A stretch of DNA of 64,000 nt from NCBI GenBank assembly GCA_963674705.1, contig OY771506.1, positions 4,544,001-4,608,000 of the forward strand, read 5' to 3'. A program made the position numbers and the translations under genes. Origin of the DNA: Phycisphaeraceae bacterium. GTDB taxonomy: Bacteria; Planctomycetota; Phycisphaerae; Phycisphaerales; Phycisphaeraceae. Below the pieces are notes generated by a model. The model had not been told where the DNA came from. It ran no database searches and was given only the letters and a program-made list of their open reading frames with translations. Positions 20,999-31,222 of the stretch are shown here, one piece after another; within the stretch, counting starts at the first letter, position 1, and each line of letters starts with the position of its first letter.

Positions 20999-23026
20999 AT
21001 GACCACGGTCGACTACTTCGTGATCGGTGTTTACCTGGCGTTCATGCTGGCGCTGGGGCCGGTCTATAAGCGCTTTAGCAAGACCGCCAGTGACTACTTC
21101 CGAGGTGGCGGCGGCATGCTCTGGTGGATGGTCGGGGCCTCCGCCTGGGTCATGACTTTCACCGCATGGACCTTCACCGGCGGCGCGGGCAAAGTCTACG
21201 AAACCGGCACCTTCTTCCTCCTTTTGATCACCGGCAACATCATCGCCACGATCATCATGTACTTCTTCACTGCTGCACGCTACCGGCAGATGCGCGTCAT
21301 CACGCCGATCGAAGCGGCGCGCGACCGCTTCGGACGCACCAGCGAACAGTGGTTCACCTGGCTTCCCGTGCCGATCAACATCCTGCGCGGCGGGGTCAGC
21401 CTCTACGCCATCGCGATCTTCATGGCGGTCGTCTTCGGGATCGATATCTGGAAGATCATCGTTTCGCTTGGCGTGATCGTCACGCTCATGTGCATCTTCG
21501 GCGGATCGTGGGCGGTCATCGCCAGCGACTTCGTGCAAATGCTTACTATTCTTGTCATCACGCTGGTGGTCTCCTTCCTGACGTTGCATCACCCGAAGGT
21601 CGGCGGCATGAGCGGTCTGCTCGATAAGGTGCCGGACCAGCACTTCGATTGGACCATCTTCGATCGACCGAGCGTGCTATTGATCTTCATGCTCACGCTG
21701 TTCCTGAATCAGACAGTACAGATGAACAGCCTGATGGAAGGAGCCGGGCGATTCATTTATGTCAAGACCGGCAAGGACGCCAAGCGTGCGCTTTGGATCA
21801 GCTTCCTGGGTACGATCATCTTTACCCCCGTATTCATCCTGCCGGCGATGGCGGCGTCGTTCGTGCATCCTGAACTGGAAGTCGCTAAACAACTCAAGGC
21901 CCCGATCGCCCTGATTGAAGCAGATATGAGCGCGGCAGGCGAAGCCGTAAAAGTAACCAGCCTCGACCAACTCGCCGCGCTAGCGGGAAAACGTGAAGAC
22001 AGTGAACAACTAATGCCACTTATCGGAGAGGCAAAAGCGCTCGGCATTGATTCGCTCAATGATCAACGCCTCGCGATGGAATTGAACAACCCGCGTGAAG
22101 CGTCCTACGTGATGATGGCGATGGATGTGTTACCGGCGGGCATGCTGGGGCTTTTGGTCTGCGGCATCTTCGCGGCGACGATGTCCTCGATGGATGTCGG
22201 GCTTAACAGGGCGGCAGGCATCTTCGTACGCAACTTCTGGATCGTCTTTGTTAAACCCGAAGCAAGCGAATCGCACCAGGTGCGCGTCGGACAGATCACG
22301 ACATTGATCTTTGGCGTATTGCAGATCCTTGCAGGCTTGGCGTTTATTTCATACGCCGACCTCCCGTTATTCGAATTGATCCTCGTGCTCGCAGCCGTGT
22401 TCGGTTTGCCGATGGCCATCCCCTTGTTCTTTGGGATCTTCATCAAACGCACGCCGCCCTGGGCGGGTTGGAGTTCGATGGTGCTGGGCATCATCACCGG
22501 CCTGTTGATGCAGCCTGCAACGATCGGCGGCTGGCAGTGGAAGGGCCTGGTGAACGGAGATCTGATCCAGCGCATGTTCAGCGTCACCCCGCCATTCAAC
22601 GGCACAGAGACGAACGACCTGCGCGTCGCTCTGACAACCTTCGTCGTCTTCGCTGTGACGTTCGGCTGGTTCATGCTGTCGATCCCCTTCACGGCTAAGA
22701 GCAGCGAAAAGTACAAGGCACAGGTGGACGCTTTCTTCGAGCGGATGGATACGCCGATCGATCCGGTAGCCGAGGGCGTGACCGGCTGGTCGGAGGACCG
22801 TAAGCATTACCACATCATGGGAGTGCTGTGCATGCTGTACGGCGGGTTCATTGTTGCCTTGATGTTCCTGCCCAATCCGATGTGGGGTCGCTTATGTTTC
22901 CTTTTCTGCGGCGGCGTGATCGCGGCGCTGGGCCTCGTGCTTTACGGCATCTCAAGGCGAAAAGTTGAACAAGTAATAACTGTGGATGGCTTAAAATCGG
23001 CTGTCCAGACAGAGGTGGGTAAGTAA
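20999..23026 (+). CDS. Sodium:solute symporter family transporter
   Basis: DYFRGGGGMLWWMVGAS, GGSWAVIASDFVQ, FAATMSSMDVGLN; many TM segments. Confidence 0.92.
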   Translation: MTTVDYFVIGVYLAFMLALGPVYKRFSKTASDYFRGGGGMLWWMVGASAWVMTFTAWTFTGGAGKVYETGTFFLLLITGNIIATIIMYFFTAARYRQMRVITPIEAARDRFGRTSEQWFTWLPVPINILRGGVSLYAIAIFMAVVFGIDIWKIIVSLGVIVTLMCIFGGSWAVIASDFVQMLTILVITLVVSFLTLHHPKVGGMSGLLDKVPDQHFDWTIFDRPSVLLIFMLTLFLNQTVQMNSLMEGAGRFIYVKTGKDAKRALWISFLGTIIFTPVFILPAMAASFVHPELEVAKQLKAPIALIEADMSAAGEAVKVTSLDQLAALAGKREDSEQLMPLIGEAKALGIDSLNDQRLAMELNNPREASYVMMAMDVLPAGMLGLLVCGIFAATMSSMDVGLNRAAGIFVRNFWIVFVKPEASESHQVRVGQITTLIFGVLQILAGLAFISYADLPLFELILVLAAVFGLPMAIPLFFGIFIKRTPPWAGWSSMVLGIITGLLMQPATIGGWQWKGLVNGDLIQRMFSVTPPFNGTETNDLRVALTTFVVFAVTFGWFMLSIPFTAKSSEKYKAQVDAFFERMDTPIDPVAEGVTGWSEDRKHYHIMGVLCMLYGGFIVALMFLPNPMWGRLCFLFCGGVIAALGLVLYGISRRKVEQVITVDGLKSAVQTEVGK

Positions 23027-23057
23027 CCGCCTATACTGGTATGGAGGAAGTAGTCGT

Positions 23058-25649
23058 ATGCGTTGTTTACACCTGATATCCGCACTCTCCGCCGCCTTGG
23101 CTTTAAGCGCATCCACACAGGCCAACAGCCTCGATGCGCTATACCTCCACGATAGCGCCTCCGAAGCTGCGCATGCGGTCTCACAGAACAACACAACCGC
23201 GGGTATCGGCGCACTCGATGAAACCGCACGCTGGATCAATCCCGACGGCGAAATCTTCTTCGACATCGCTGTCGACGGTACGAAACAGAATTACATCACC
23301 GCACGGTTCTGGGGCGGGGTTTCCGGTAATCAAGGCCGCATCTTCCTGGGTAACGCAGCCGGCACGACGACCTACAACTGGGGCCAGTTTGATGACGCAT
23401 CATCCAGTGAAGTCGCGCCGGACCGCTGGTACTACGTCACCGTTCCGATCCCGACCTCACTGACCAACGGCCAATCCACCGTGCGCCTCAGCCTTTCAGC
23501 AATGGGTAACGCCAGCAGTTACAGCAACCCCCCGACAACCAACACACAGACCGCTACTACACGCGGCATCTACGCCCTGTTCAGTCATACCGACACGCAC
23601 CTGCAGATCACTGATAATGTGGCGAAAAACCCGATCATCGAGCCTTACGATTATGGTGACTACACCGCCCCCACTTCAATCCAAAAGCTCATCGAACACA
23701 ACAGCCTTGTCAGTTTCGCCAACAACATCGCGTTTCAGGTCGCAGCCAAGCAGACACTCGACACCAGCGCATCGAACGTGCCTGATTCATTACTCGGCGC
23801 GTTCGACATCCGCACAGGCTCAAGCGAACTGGACTCGCTCAATGCCACGCATTACCACCATATGCGCACCGACAATCTCGGCCCGATGCGCGGCGCGACC
23901 ATCCTGGCGTACGCCTACAACATGTACGGCACAAGCTTCTACCAGGACGCCAATACGCTGAACAAAATCGCGCTGGGACTCGACTACACGCGGCGTGCAC
24001 AAGGCTCCAGCGGTGGATACGTTGACGTCTGGAACCCACAGGAATGGGTCGGCGGATACGAAGGCTCGCCCCGCACGGTCGGCACCGGCTCGCTCGAAGG
24101 CATCACGCACGGCCCCATCGCGCAGGCTTTCCTGCTGACTTACGAAGACATGGAAGCCGCCGGCCTGCTGGATCAACTGATCGATGATGACAACAACTCC
24201 GCCACTTCAAAGATCACCCGCCGACAGGCTTACATCGACCTGTTCAAGGGATTCATCGACTTCCACACCGGCTACTTCAGCGACAACACAATCCAGGAAC
24301 CAGGCCACGCTCCTAACCAGGAGATCTATCAACTCGTCGGCCTCATGACCGCATACCGCGCGCTGGAAGCCATCGATCCAACTGCGGTGGATGAAGCGAC
24401 ATTCGCACCGATCATTGAAACACGGCTTGACCAGGCGTTCGGCGTTACAGGTAGTGCGCTCAACGGTTCGATCTGGTTTACCGATGACGGTCTGCCGTTG
24501 GAATGCTGCGGCCTGGTGGGCGGGGGGTATTCTTCCGAGTACGGCCACGGCGTCTCCGGTGAAATGTTCAAGGTCCTTGAAATGGCTGAAGGCCTGATCC
24601 CCACGCAGCAGCTTGAAAAACTCAAAGCACGCACCACACAAACCGCCGGCCTCTGGCAGCACTTCCTATACCCCGTCTACAACGAAGACGGCACCATGGA
24701 CCTGCGGCTCGAAGGCGCGATCAACTGGCGCAACTCCAAGATCAACGGCCTGCAAGCTATCTATCAAGACCCCTGGTTCCATGCGGCGCTTGAACAGAAC
24801 GATCCCGCTTCCATCCGCATCCTGCAACTGCTTGCGATAGATGATTCGCTGGCGTACGACGCCGTCGACAGCGGGCACTACTGGCAGCAGAGCGTGTGGG
24901 TTATGGAACAAGTCGCGCGTGTCGACCAGATACTTAATGAACTACCCGAAGACAGTCTGCACCTGCCGCATGAAGCAGGTCAACCCGATTATGCATGGAT
25001 TGATCCGGTCGGCGGAGCAGTATCCATCAAACTGGATGACCGACACATCTTCATGGCGCTGAACTGGCATCACAGCAGCTCCGGCAGCATACCCGTCGCA
25101 AACGACATCGCACGCATCCACGATGTCAGCCCGACCGCAGACTTCGTCGCGACGGTATACATGGAAAACCCCTACGGGTTCGGCGAGCTGGCGTACCTGA
25201 CTTACGACGACCTTTTGATCGCCACCAATGCCAACGACTCGCTCAGCTACCAACTCGATATCCCCTCCGGCTATGACAGCGTCTTCGACCTGGTCTCCGG
25301 TGATTACATAGCTGTCGTCGGCGGAAAGATCACACTCGCCCCGCTTCAATCGGTCGTACTGAACCTGGCTGAGTTGGCAGTACTCCCCGGTGACCTGAAC
25401 GGAGACGGTTTCGTCGGCCTGGACGATCTGGACATCATCCTCAACCACTGGAACCAGACCGTCACCGAGGGCGACCTGCTCTCAGGTGACCCGACGAACG
25501 ATGGCTACGTCGGTCTCGACGACCTGGACATCGTGCTCAACAACTGGAATTCCGGCACACCCGCTGGGGAAAACACCAATATCCCCGAGCCAACCAGTGC
25601 ATTGATTCTCATAACATGCGCTGCTGCCTTGCTGCGATGCAAACATTAG
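23058..25649 (+). CDS. Secreted uncharacterised enzyme-like protein with a dockerin-like EF-hand pair and PEP-CTERM
   Basis: Signal peptide; homologous to 31223..33562; GDLNGDGFVGLDDLDIILNHWNQ and GDPTNDGYVGLDDLD; IPEP-TM-RCKH. Confidence 0.88.
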   Translation: MRCLHLISALSAALALSASTQANSLDALYLHDSASEAAHAVSQNNTTAGIGALDETARWINPDGEIFFDIAVDGTKQNYITARFWGGVSGNQGRIFLGNAAGTTTYNWGQFDDASSSEVAPDRWYYVTVPIPTSLTNGQSTVRLSLSAMGNASSYSNPPTTNTQTATTRGIYALFSHTDTHLQITDNVAKNPIIEPYDYGDYTAPTSIQKLIEHNSLVSFANNIAFQVAAKQTLDTSASNVPDSLLGAFDIRTGSSELDSLNATHYHHMRTDNLGPMRGATILAYAYNMYGTSFYQDANTLNKIALGLDYTRRAQGSSGGYVDVWNPQEWVGGYEGSPRTVGTGSLEGITHGPIAQAFLLTYEDMEAAGLLDQLIDDDNNSATSKITRRQAYIDLFKGFIDFHTGYFSDNTIQEPGHAPNQEIYQLVGLMTAYRALEAIDPTAVDEATFAPIIETRLDQAFGVTGSALNGSIWFTDDGLPLECCGLVGGGYSSEYGHGVSGEMFKVLEMAEGLIPTQQLEKLKARTTQTAGLWQHFLYPVYNEDGTMDLRLEGAINWRNSKINGLQAIYQDPWFHAALEQNDPASIRILQLLAIDDSLAYDAVDSGHYWQQSVWVMEQVARVDQILNELPEDSLHLPHEAGQPDYAWIDPVGGAVSIKLDDRHIFMALNWHHSSSGSIPVANDIARIHDVSPTADFVATVYMENPYGFGELAYLTYDDLLIATNANDSLSYQLDIPSGYDSVFDLVSGDYIAVVGGKITLAPLQSVVLNLAELAVLPGDLNGDGFVGLDDLDIILNHWNQTVTEGDLLSGDPTNDGYVGLDDLDIVLNNWNSGTPAGENTNIPEPTSALILITCAAALLRCKH

Positions 25650-25688
25650 CCTTTTATCATCCGAAGTCTTTATTAAAAAAATACTTAT

Positions 25689-25853
25689 CCACAGATGAAC
25701 ACGGATAAACACAGATAAAAACCGATTAAATAGCTCGGATTCATCGGATGCATCTGATGGATGCAAGCCTTTTTCGTAATCTCTTAATCGGATATATCCG
25801 ATGCATCCGAGCAAAACCCCTTCTTATCTGTGTTCATCCGTGTTCATCGGTGG
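25689..25853. repeat. Nested inverted-repeat (REP/MITE-like) element
   Basis: Outer arms 25689-25718 and 25824-25853 (28/30 match); inner arms 25733-25758 and 25787-25812 (22/26 match). Confidence 0.85.
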
Positions 25854-25960
25854 CTAATTCTGTTCCTACCGAAGAAGTCGTACCCCCCACCGATCTGATG
25901 TAAACCCTGCCTTTGGGCTGACTTCTACCCGTTTGCCCCAAAATGTCGTATCATCTTGGT

Positions 25961-26989
25961 ATGTCCTTAATCGAGGTCGCCAAAATCGCGGGCGTGTCCA
26001 AGTCCACCGTGTCCCGGGTTATCAACGAAATGCCCGGCGTCAGTGATGAGGTTCGCGCGAAGGTTAAAGAAGCTATCGAAGAGGTTGGGTATCAACCCTC
26101 AGCCCGTCGTCGCGGTCCGAAACCCGCTTCAAGACGCGGTATCCGTACCGGCAACATCCTGTTACTTACGCTTGGCATGGCGCCGCAAGATGTCTACCGC
26201 ATGCCGGTATTTCCCAAACTGTTTCACGGCATCGAAACCGCGGTACGTGAAGCGGGGCTGAACCTCGTGCTCGCCAGCTTCTATCCCGATGAGGGTTTAC
26301 CCGCTTCTTTGAACGGCGATCATGTCGATGGTGCGTTACTGATCGATCAGCCGCACATCATTACGCAAACCCTGCAAGATCGCCCGAAAAAGCTTATTTG
26401 TGTCGGTTTAATGCGTGGTTTTGAGCCTGTTGCGGGCCAGATCGATCGCGTGCTGTATAACAATCAGAACGTCGGCGTTTTAGCAGCACGTTACCTCAAG
26501 TCACGCGGCCACGAACACACCGCATACATCAACCTCGACCCCACACACGCCGCTTTCACAAAGCGCCGTGATGTATTCGTGTCCTGTATGTCCGATGATG
26601 GCACGGTGTTAGACCTGACTGAATCCGAGCCGGTGCTTGGCCCTGCCAATCAACCGGCCGCGATCCGTAAAGCGATCGAGCGCATCAAAAAGGCTAAACC
26701 GAAAATCACAGCGATCTTCGCTGCAAGCGATATTGTCGTACCGGGTCTTTACGATGCGATGTCCCAAGCCGGCATACAGCCCGGCAAGGATATCGAGGTC
26801 ATCTCCTGCGATAACGAAGAGCAATTCATCGGCAACCTCTGCCCCCGCCCGACCACCATCGACATCGGCCTGGAAGCCCTCGGCCAGCAGGCGGTACGCC
26901 AGTTGCTCTGGCGTCTAGCCAACAAGGATCAGCCCAGCCGGATGACCGTCATGATTGAGCCTGCCCTCATCCCATCCCGCGATCTCTGA
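25961..26989 (+). CDS. LacI family transcriptional regulator
   Basis: SLIEVAKIAGVSKSTVSRVIN; PGKDIEVISCDN; RPTTID. Confidence 0.93.
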   Translation: MSLIEVAKIAGVSKSTVSRVINEMPGVSDEVRAKVKEAIEEVGYQPSARRRGPKPASRRGIRTGNILLLTLGMAPQDVYRMPVFPKLFHGIETAVREAGLNLVLASFYPDEGLPASLNGDHVDGALLIDQPHIITQTLQDRPKKLICVGLMRGFEPVAGQIDRVLYNNQNVGVLAARYLKSRGHEHTAYINLDPTHAAFTKRRDVFVSCMSDDGTVLDLTESEPVLGPANQPAAIRKAIERIKKAKPKITAIFAASDIVVPGLYDAMSQAGIQPGKDIEVISCDNEEQFIGNLCPRPTTIDIGLEALGQQAVRQLLWRLANKDQPSRMTVMIEPALIPSRDL

Positions 26990-27117
26990 TCAGGGATGCT
27001 TTCCCGCTTAAAAGCCACACAATGACTAATTACGCCAAATCGTCGATCTCAGGCGACTTTGCGCCCACCTGCTACGATCTGCTCCCCACAACGCATGGCA
27101 CAGCGGATGAGAAATAT

Positions 27118-27168
27118 TTGGGAATTTCATATTTGTTGCATTGACAATTCCCAATTCTCGTTTACGAT
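27118..27168 (+). promoter_or_regulatory. Promoter with inverted TTGGGAA-N23-TTCCCAA motif; probably a leaderless transcript
   Basis: TTGACA 27141, 16-nt spacer, TACGAT 27163, ATG 6 nt later at 27175. Confidence 0.7.
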
Positions 27169-27174
27169 TAGCAT

Positions 27175-28203
27175 ATGTCTTCTATTGTTTCCATTGCCAA
27201 AGCGGTGGGCGTATCCAAGTCGACCGTCTCGCGCGTCATCAACGATGTGCCGGGCGTCCGACCCGAAGTCGCCAAGGCGGTCCGCAATCAGATGCAGCAG
27301 ATGGGCTACCGGCCCCCGGCACGCAGGCGGGGCCCCAAACCCGCCTCCCGGCGCGGCATCCGCACCGGCAACATCCTGTTCCTCATGCTCGGTTACAACT
27401 CAACGGAACTCTATCGCGTCCCCGTGTTCCCGAGCTTGTTGCACGGCATGGAAACCGCTGTCCGCGAAGCCGGATTGAACCTTGTCCTGGCCAGCGCCGA
27501 TCCATCGAGTGTGGTGCCGGCTGCCCTTTCCGGAAGCCACGTAGATGGCGTGCTTATCATCGGCCGAGCACGCAGCATGTCCCGTGCGGTCGCCGAACGA
27601 CTTGCATCGATGCCCGTCGTCGTCGTGATGCGCAGGCAACTGGACTTCACCCAGCCCGTTGACAGCGTGCTGTATAACAACGATGCGGTCGGGACGATCG
27701 CGGCGCGTTACCTGATTGACCGTGGACATAAGCATGTTGCTTTTCTGAATGACGCGCCGAGCCATGAAGCATTCATCGTACGCCATAAGTCCTTCGGCGA
27801 ATCGGCTCACAGAGCCGGTGCGAAGGTCACCGAAATCATCAGCGACCACGCTTCCCGCAACCGACCAGATAGCTATTACACGATCCAGTTAGCCAAGCGT
27901 CTTGCGGCCATGAAAGACAGGCCCACCGGCATGTTCATCCCGACGGATGCCATGGCGCCGGACCTGTACATGGAACTACGGCGCTGCGGTATCGAACCAG
28001 GACGCGACATCGACGTCATCTCCTGTGATAACGAACAGCAGTTCCTGAACCAGCTCGATCCACGCCCCGCTTCGATCGATATCAACCTGGAACTTGTCGC
28101 CCGTCGAGGTGTTGAGCAGTTAATCTGGCGCATCGCCAATCCCAACGGTAAAAACTGCCTTTCGATTTATATCGAACCACAAGTGATAAAGCCCGGGGGC
28201 TGA
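27175..28203 (+). CDS. LacI family transcriptional regulator (tandem paralogue)
   Basis: SIVSIAKAVGVSKSTVSRVIN; shares RRRGPKPASRRGIRTGNIL with the upstream LacI. Confidence 0.93.
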   Translation: MSSIVSIAKAVGVSKSTVSRVINDVPGVRPEVAKAVRNQMQQMGYRPPARRRGPKPASRRGIRTGNILFLMLGYNSTELYRVPVFPSLLHGMETAVREAGLNLVLASADPSSVVPAALSGSHVDGVLIIGRARSMSRAVAERLASMPVVVVMRRQLDFTQPVDSVLYNNDAVGTIAARYLIDRGHKHVAFLNDAPSHEAFIVRHKSFGESAHRAGAKVTEIISDHASRNRPDSYYTIQLAKRLAAMKDRPTGMFIPTDAMAPDLYMELRRCGIEPGRDIDVISCDNEQQFLNQLDPRPASIDINLELVARRGVEQLIWRIANPNGKNCLSIYIEPQVIKPGG

Positions 28204-28267
28204 CGCCAATCAAGTTCTCATTAAAATCACACAAGCCGTTCTTATTCAACATTGGAGGAAAAGGAAT

Positions 28268-30940
28268 ATGGATACGAATAAACGCGTAGCTCTTCGTGGA
28301 GCATCGCTGGCTGCAGCGTTATGCTTGCTGTGCGCCTCGGCCAACACCAACGCTCAGACATGGACCGGCCTGGGCGCGAATGATCTCTGGTCGAACAGCT
28401 CAAACTGGAGCGGCAGCGCCCCCGTGGCATCCAACGCCAGCCCGTTGATCTTCTCAGGATCAAATCAACTCTCAAACACCAACGACATCGTCACCGAACT
28501 CACCGGCGCGACCGCGATCCAGTTCGCCGGCGGCTCCGGTTCGTATGAACTGAACGGCTCAGCGATTACCATCGGCACCGGCGGCAGCGGCTCCAGCACC
28601 CTCGTCGCGATGGACAGCTCCAACGATCAGATCATCAACTTCGACATCACCCTCACCGGCGGACTGCGCGACCGCAAGATCGATGCACTGACAAACCCCA
28701 ACATCGGCGCCCTGATCTTCAATGGCAACATCGACTTCGCCAATGACTGGCTGTTCCCCACAGGTTTCGGCGTTGAGATCCACCTTAACGGTGACAATAC
28801 CGGCGCAGGTAAAACCGATATCACCGCAGGCACCAACGTGTTCCGCGGCGTGATGCGCGTCAACTCAAGCGCCGGAACCGGCTTCCCCGACACATTATTG
28901 TCACTCGGCTCCAGCACCGCGCTCGGCAACGCCAGCACCGGCACCATCGAAGGCGGCGACGCCATCATCACTGGGGTGGTCGCCAACCAGCGTATGGAAA
29001 TCACAACTTCATCCGCAGGCGTTGACCTCTCAGACTACGCCTTCGTCGTCAACACCGGTGGCGCGATCGACTACTTCGCCGAACACGATGCGTCTATCGG
29101 CTACCTCGGCAACAAGAACGGCAACCGAGACTTCAACGTCTCCGGCGACGGCACCGTCACTATCGCACAAGGCATCTTCTACTCAGAAGGCACCAGCGCC
29201 CGGCAGTTCAATATCGACCTGGGTAGCGCCTCCGGTTACGGTGGCGGCGGCGCTGGCGGCATGATCGTCAACGGCAAACTCTACAACACCATCCACAGCG
29301 ATGGCATTACTTCGCAGAAAACCGGGGCCGACGGCTCCACAATGGTCAACGCCACCGCCCGTTTCCAGATGGGTACCGTCACCCTCAACGGCGACAGCAG
29401 CGCCACCTTCGCCGGCGGTGAGGTCCGCGCCAACGCCGCAGGCACCACGATCATCATCGGTCACGACAACGCCATGGGCGACGCGACGTCTTACGTCGAC
29501 ATCGACAGCGGCAGCACGCTCGATCTGAACGGACACACCATCAGCCAGACCTTCCTGGGCATCGATGGCGACGGCGTGGACGGCAACGGCGCAATCATCA
29601 ACAGCAACACGAATAATGCGGCTGCGATCACCACTGACATCGTCAACCGCGGCTCGTTCTCTGTCGGCGGCGCTGGCGACGTCGAATTGCAGAATGTCTA
29701 CCTCGAAAGCTCCGTCGACCGAAACCTCACCAAGTACGGCAACGGCACGCTGACACTGTCCGGTGAAATCACCAACGCACGTTACGGTTTGATCGTCAAC
29801 GACGGCACCGTCCTGCTTAACAAGGGCGGTTTGGCTGAGGCAGTCATCAACAATCCACTGGTGATCAACGGCGGCCTGGTCCGCCTGACAGGTGCTTCGC
29901 CCAACCAGATTCACGACAGCGATCCGATCGAAGTGTACGGCGGAACGCTCGACCTTAACGGCCGAACCGAAACCATCAGCAACGCAACACTCGGCGGCAG
30001 CGGTGCAGCATTGATCAATGATGCGGCCGCAACAACCGTGCAGCTTCTGACAAATACAGGCACGATCACGCTGGCAGGTGATGTCAGCCTCGGTGGTGAC
30101 GGCAACCTCGAACTGCCCGCGCAGATCGGCGACAGCGGCAGCGGTTACGGCCTGACCAAGGTCGGCAACGGCACGCTCAAGCTCTCCGGTTTCAACAGCT
30201 ACAGCGGCACGACCACCGTATCGGCCGGCGAACTGAATGTCTCCGGTGTGGGTTCAACAGGTAGCGGTGATACAACCGTCGCGGCAGGCGCGACCATCTC
30301 CGGCGACAGCCTCGTCCTGGGCAACCTCAACAGCTCAGGCGCCGTCAGCCCCGGCAACAGTGCCGGCACGTTGACCGTCGGCGGCAACGTCGTACTCGAT
30401 AGCACCGCGTCACTCACGATCGAGATCGGCGGCCTGACATCAGGCGCATTCGACCTGCTGGATATCGGTGGCTCAGCTACGCTCGCCGGCTCGCTGGACC
30501 TGTCAATCATCGACAGCTTCTCACCGACCCTCGGCGACACCTTCCAGATCCTCAACGCAACGAGCCTGGGCGGCAGCACCTTCGATAGCGTGACCGGCAC
30601 GGACATCGGCGGCGGCCTGGCGTTGGATGTGATTTACAACGCGACCAGCGTGGTGCTGCAAGTCATCAGCGGCGGCGGCATCCCCGGCGACCTGAACGGT
30701 GACGGCTTCGTCGGCCTCGATGACCTTGACATCATCCTCAGCAACTGGAACCAGAACGTGCCCCCGGCCAATGCACTGGCTGACCCGTCCGGCGACGGTT
30801 TCGTGGGCCTCGATGACCTGGATATCGTGCTGAACAACTGGAACGCCGGCACACCTCCTGCAGCCACTGCAGTACCCGAACCGGCAACCTTGGCGCTACT
30901 TGCCTTGGGTGGATTGGCGATGCTCAAGCGTCGTCGTTGA
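28268..30940 (+). CDS. Autotransporter-associated beta-strand repeat surface protein with dockerin-like pair and PEP-CTERM
   Basis: Signal peptide; LTKVGNGTLKLSGFNSYSGTTTVSAGEL; SPGNSAGTL; GDLNGDGFVGLDDLD pair; VPEPATLALLALGGLAMLKRRR. Confidence 0.92.
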   Translation: MDTNKRVALRGASLAAALCLLCASANTNAQTWTGLGANDLWSNSSNWSGSAPVASNASPLIFSGSNQLSNTNDIVTELTGATAIQFAGGSGSYELNGSAITIGTGGSGSSTLVAMDSSNDQIINFDITLTGGLRDRKIDALTNPNIGALIFNGNIDFANDWLFPTGFGVEIHLNGDNTGAGKTDITAGTNVFRGVMRVNSSAGTGFPDTLLSLGSSTALGNASTGTIEGGDAIITGVVANQRMEITTSSAGVDLSDYAFVVNTGGAIDYFAEHDASIGYLGNKNGNRDFNVSGDGTVTIAQGIFYSEGTSARQFNIDLGSASGYGGGGAGGMIVNGKLYNTIHSDGITSQKTGADGSTMVNATARFQMGTVTLNGDSSATFAGGEVRANAAGTTIIIGHDNAMGDATSYVDIDSGSTLDLNGHTISQTFLGIDGDGVDGNGAIINSNTNNAAAITTDIVNRGSFSVGGAGDVELQNVYLESSVDRNLTKYGNGTLTLSGEITNARYGLIVNDGTVLLNKGGLAEAVINNPLVINGGLVRLTGASPNQIHDSDPIEVYGGTLDLNGRTETISNATLGGSGAALINDAAATTVQLLTNTGTITLAGDVSLGGDGNLELPAQIGDSGSGYGLTKVGNGTLKLSGFNSYSGTTTVSAGELNVSGVGSTGSGDTTVAAGATISGDSLVLGNLNSSGAVSPGNSAGTLTVGGNVVLDSTASLTIEIGGLTSGAFDLLDIGGSATLAGSLDLSIIDSFSPTLGDTFQILNATSLGGSTFDSVTGTDIGGGLALDVIYNATSVVLQVISGGGIPGDLNGDGFVGLDDLDIILSNWNQNVPPANALADPSGDGFVGLDDLDIVLNNWNAGTPPAATAVPEPATLALLALGGLAMLKRRR

Positions 30941-31020
30941 AGTGAATAGGTTGGCGCTTTGATGCGGGTGTAACGGCTCGCACGAAGCTCAAAATCAGAC
31001 TGTGTGGTCAAGCACTGAAA

Positions 31021-31054
31021 CCGGACGTCGTTCCCACGGCGTCCGGCTTTTTTT
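31021..31054 (+). terminator. Rho-independent terminator
   Basis: CCGGACGTCGT-TCCC-ACGGCGTCCGG followed by C and T7. Confidence 0.85.
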
Positions 31055-31086
31055 GTTGCAGAAACCACCGAAGCAGCACAAAATGA

Positions 31087-31139
31087 TTGGGAAATAATCC
31101 GGTAGTTTCGTTGATTATTCCCCAATTCTCTGGTAAACT
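31087..31139 (+). promoter_or_regulatory. Putative promoter/operator of the enzyme operon
   Basis: TTGGGAA 31087, TTGATT 31111, 17-nt spacer containing CCCAATTCTC (also present at 27150), TAAACT 31134. Confidence 0.62.
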
Positions 31140-31222
31140 CACCCTCTGGCTGTTCGCCACGACCGTTGTCGGTTATGTATAGCTCGAACAGCCCGCCTCG
31201 TTCACTTGGCTGGAGCGGATCC

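Noticed and set aside
25689..25853. Possible CRISPR array
   Set aside because: The repeats are inverted, have no unique spacers, and no cas genes are present.
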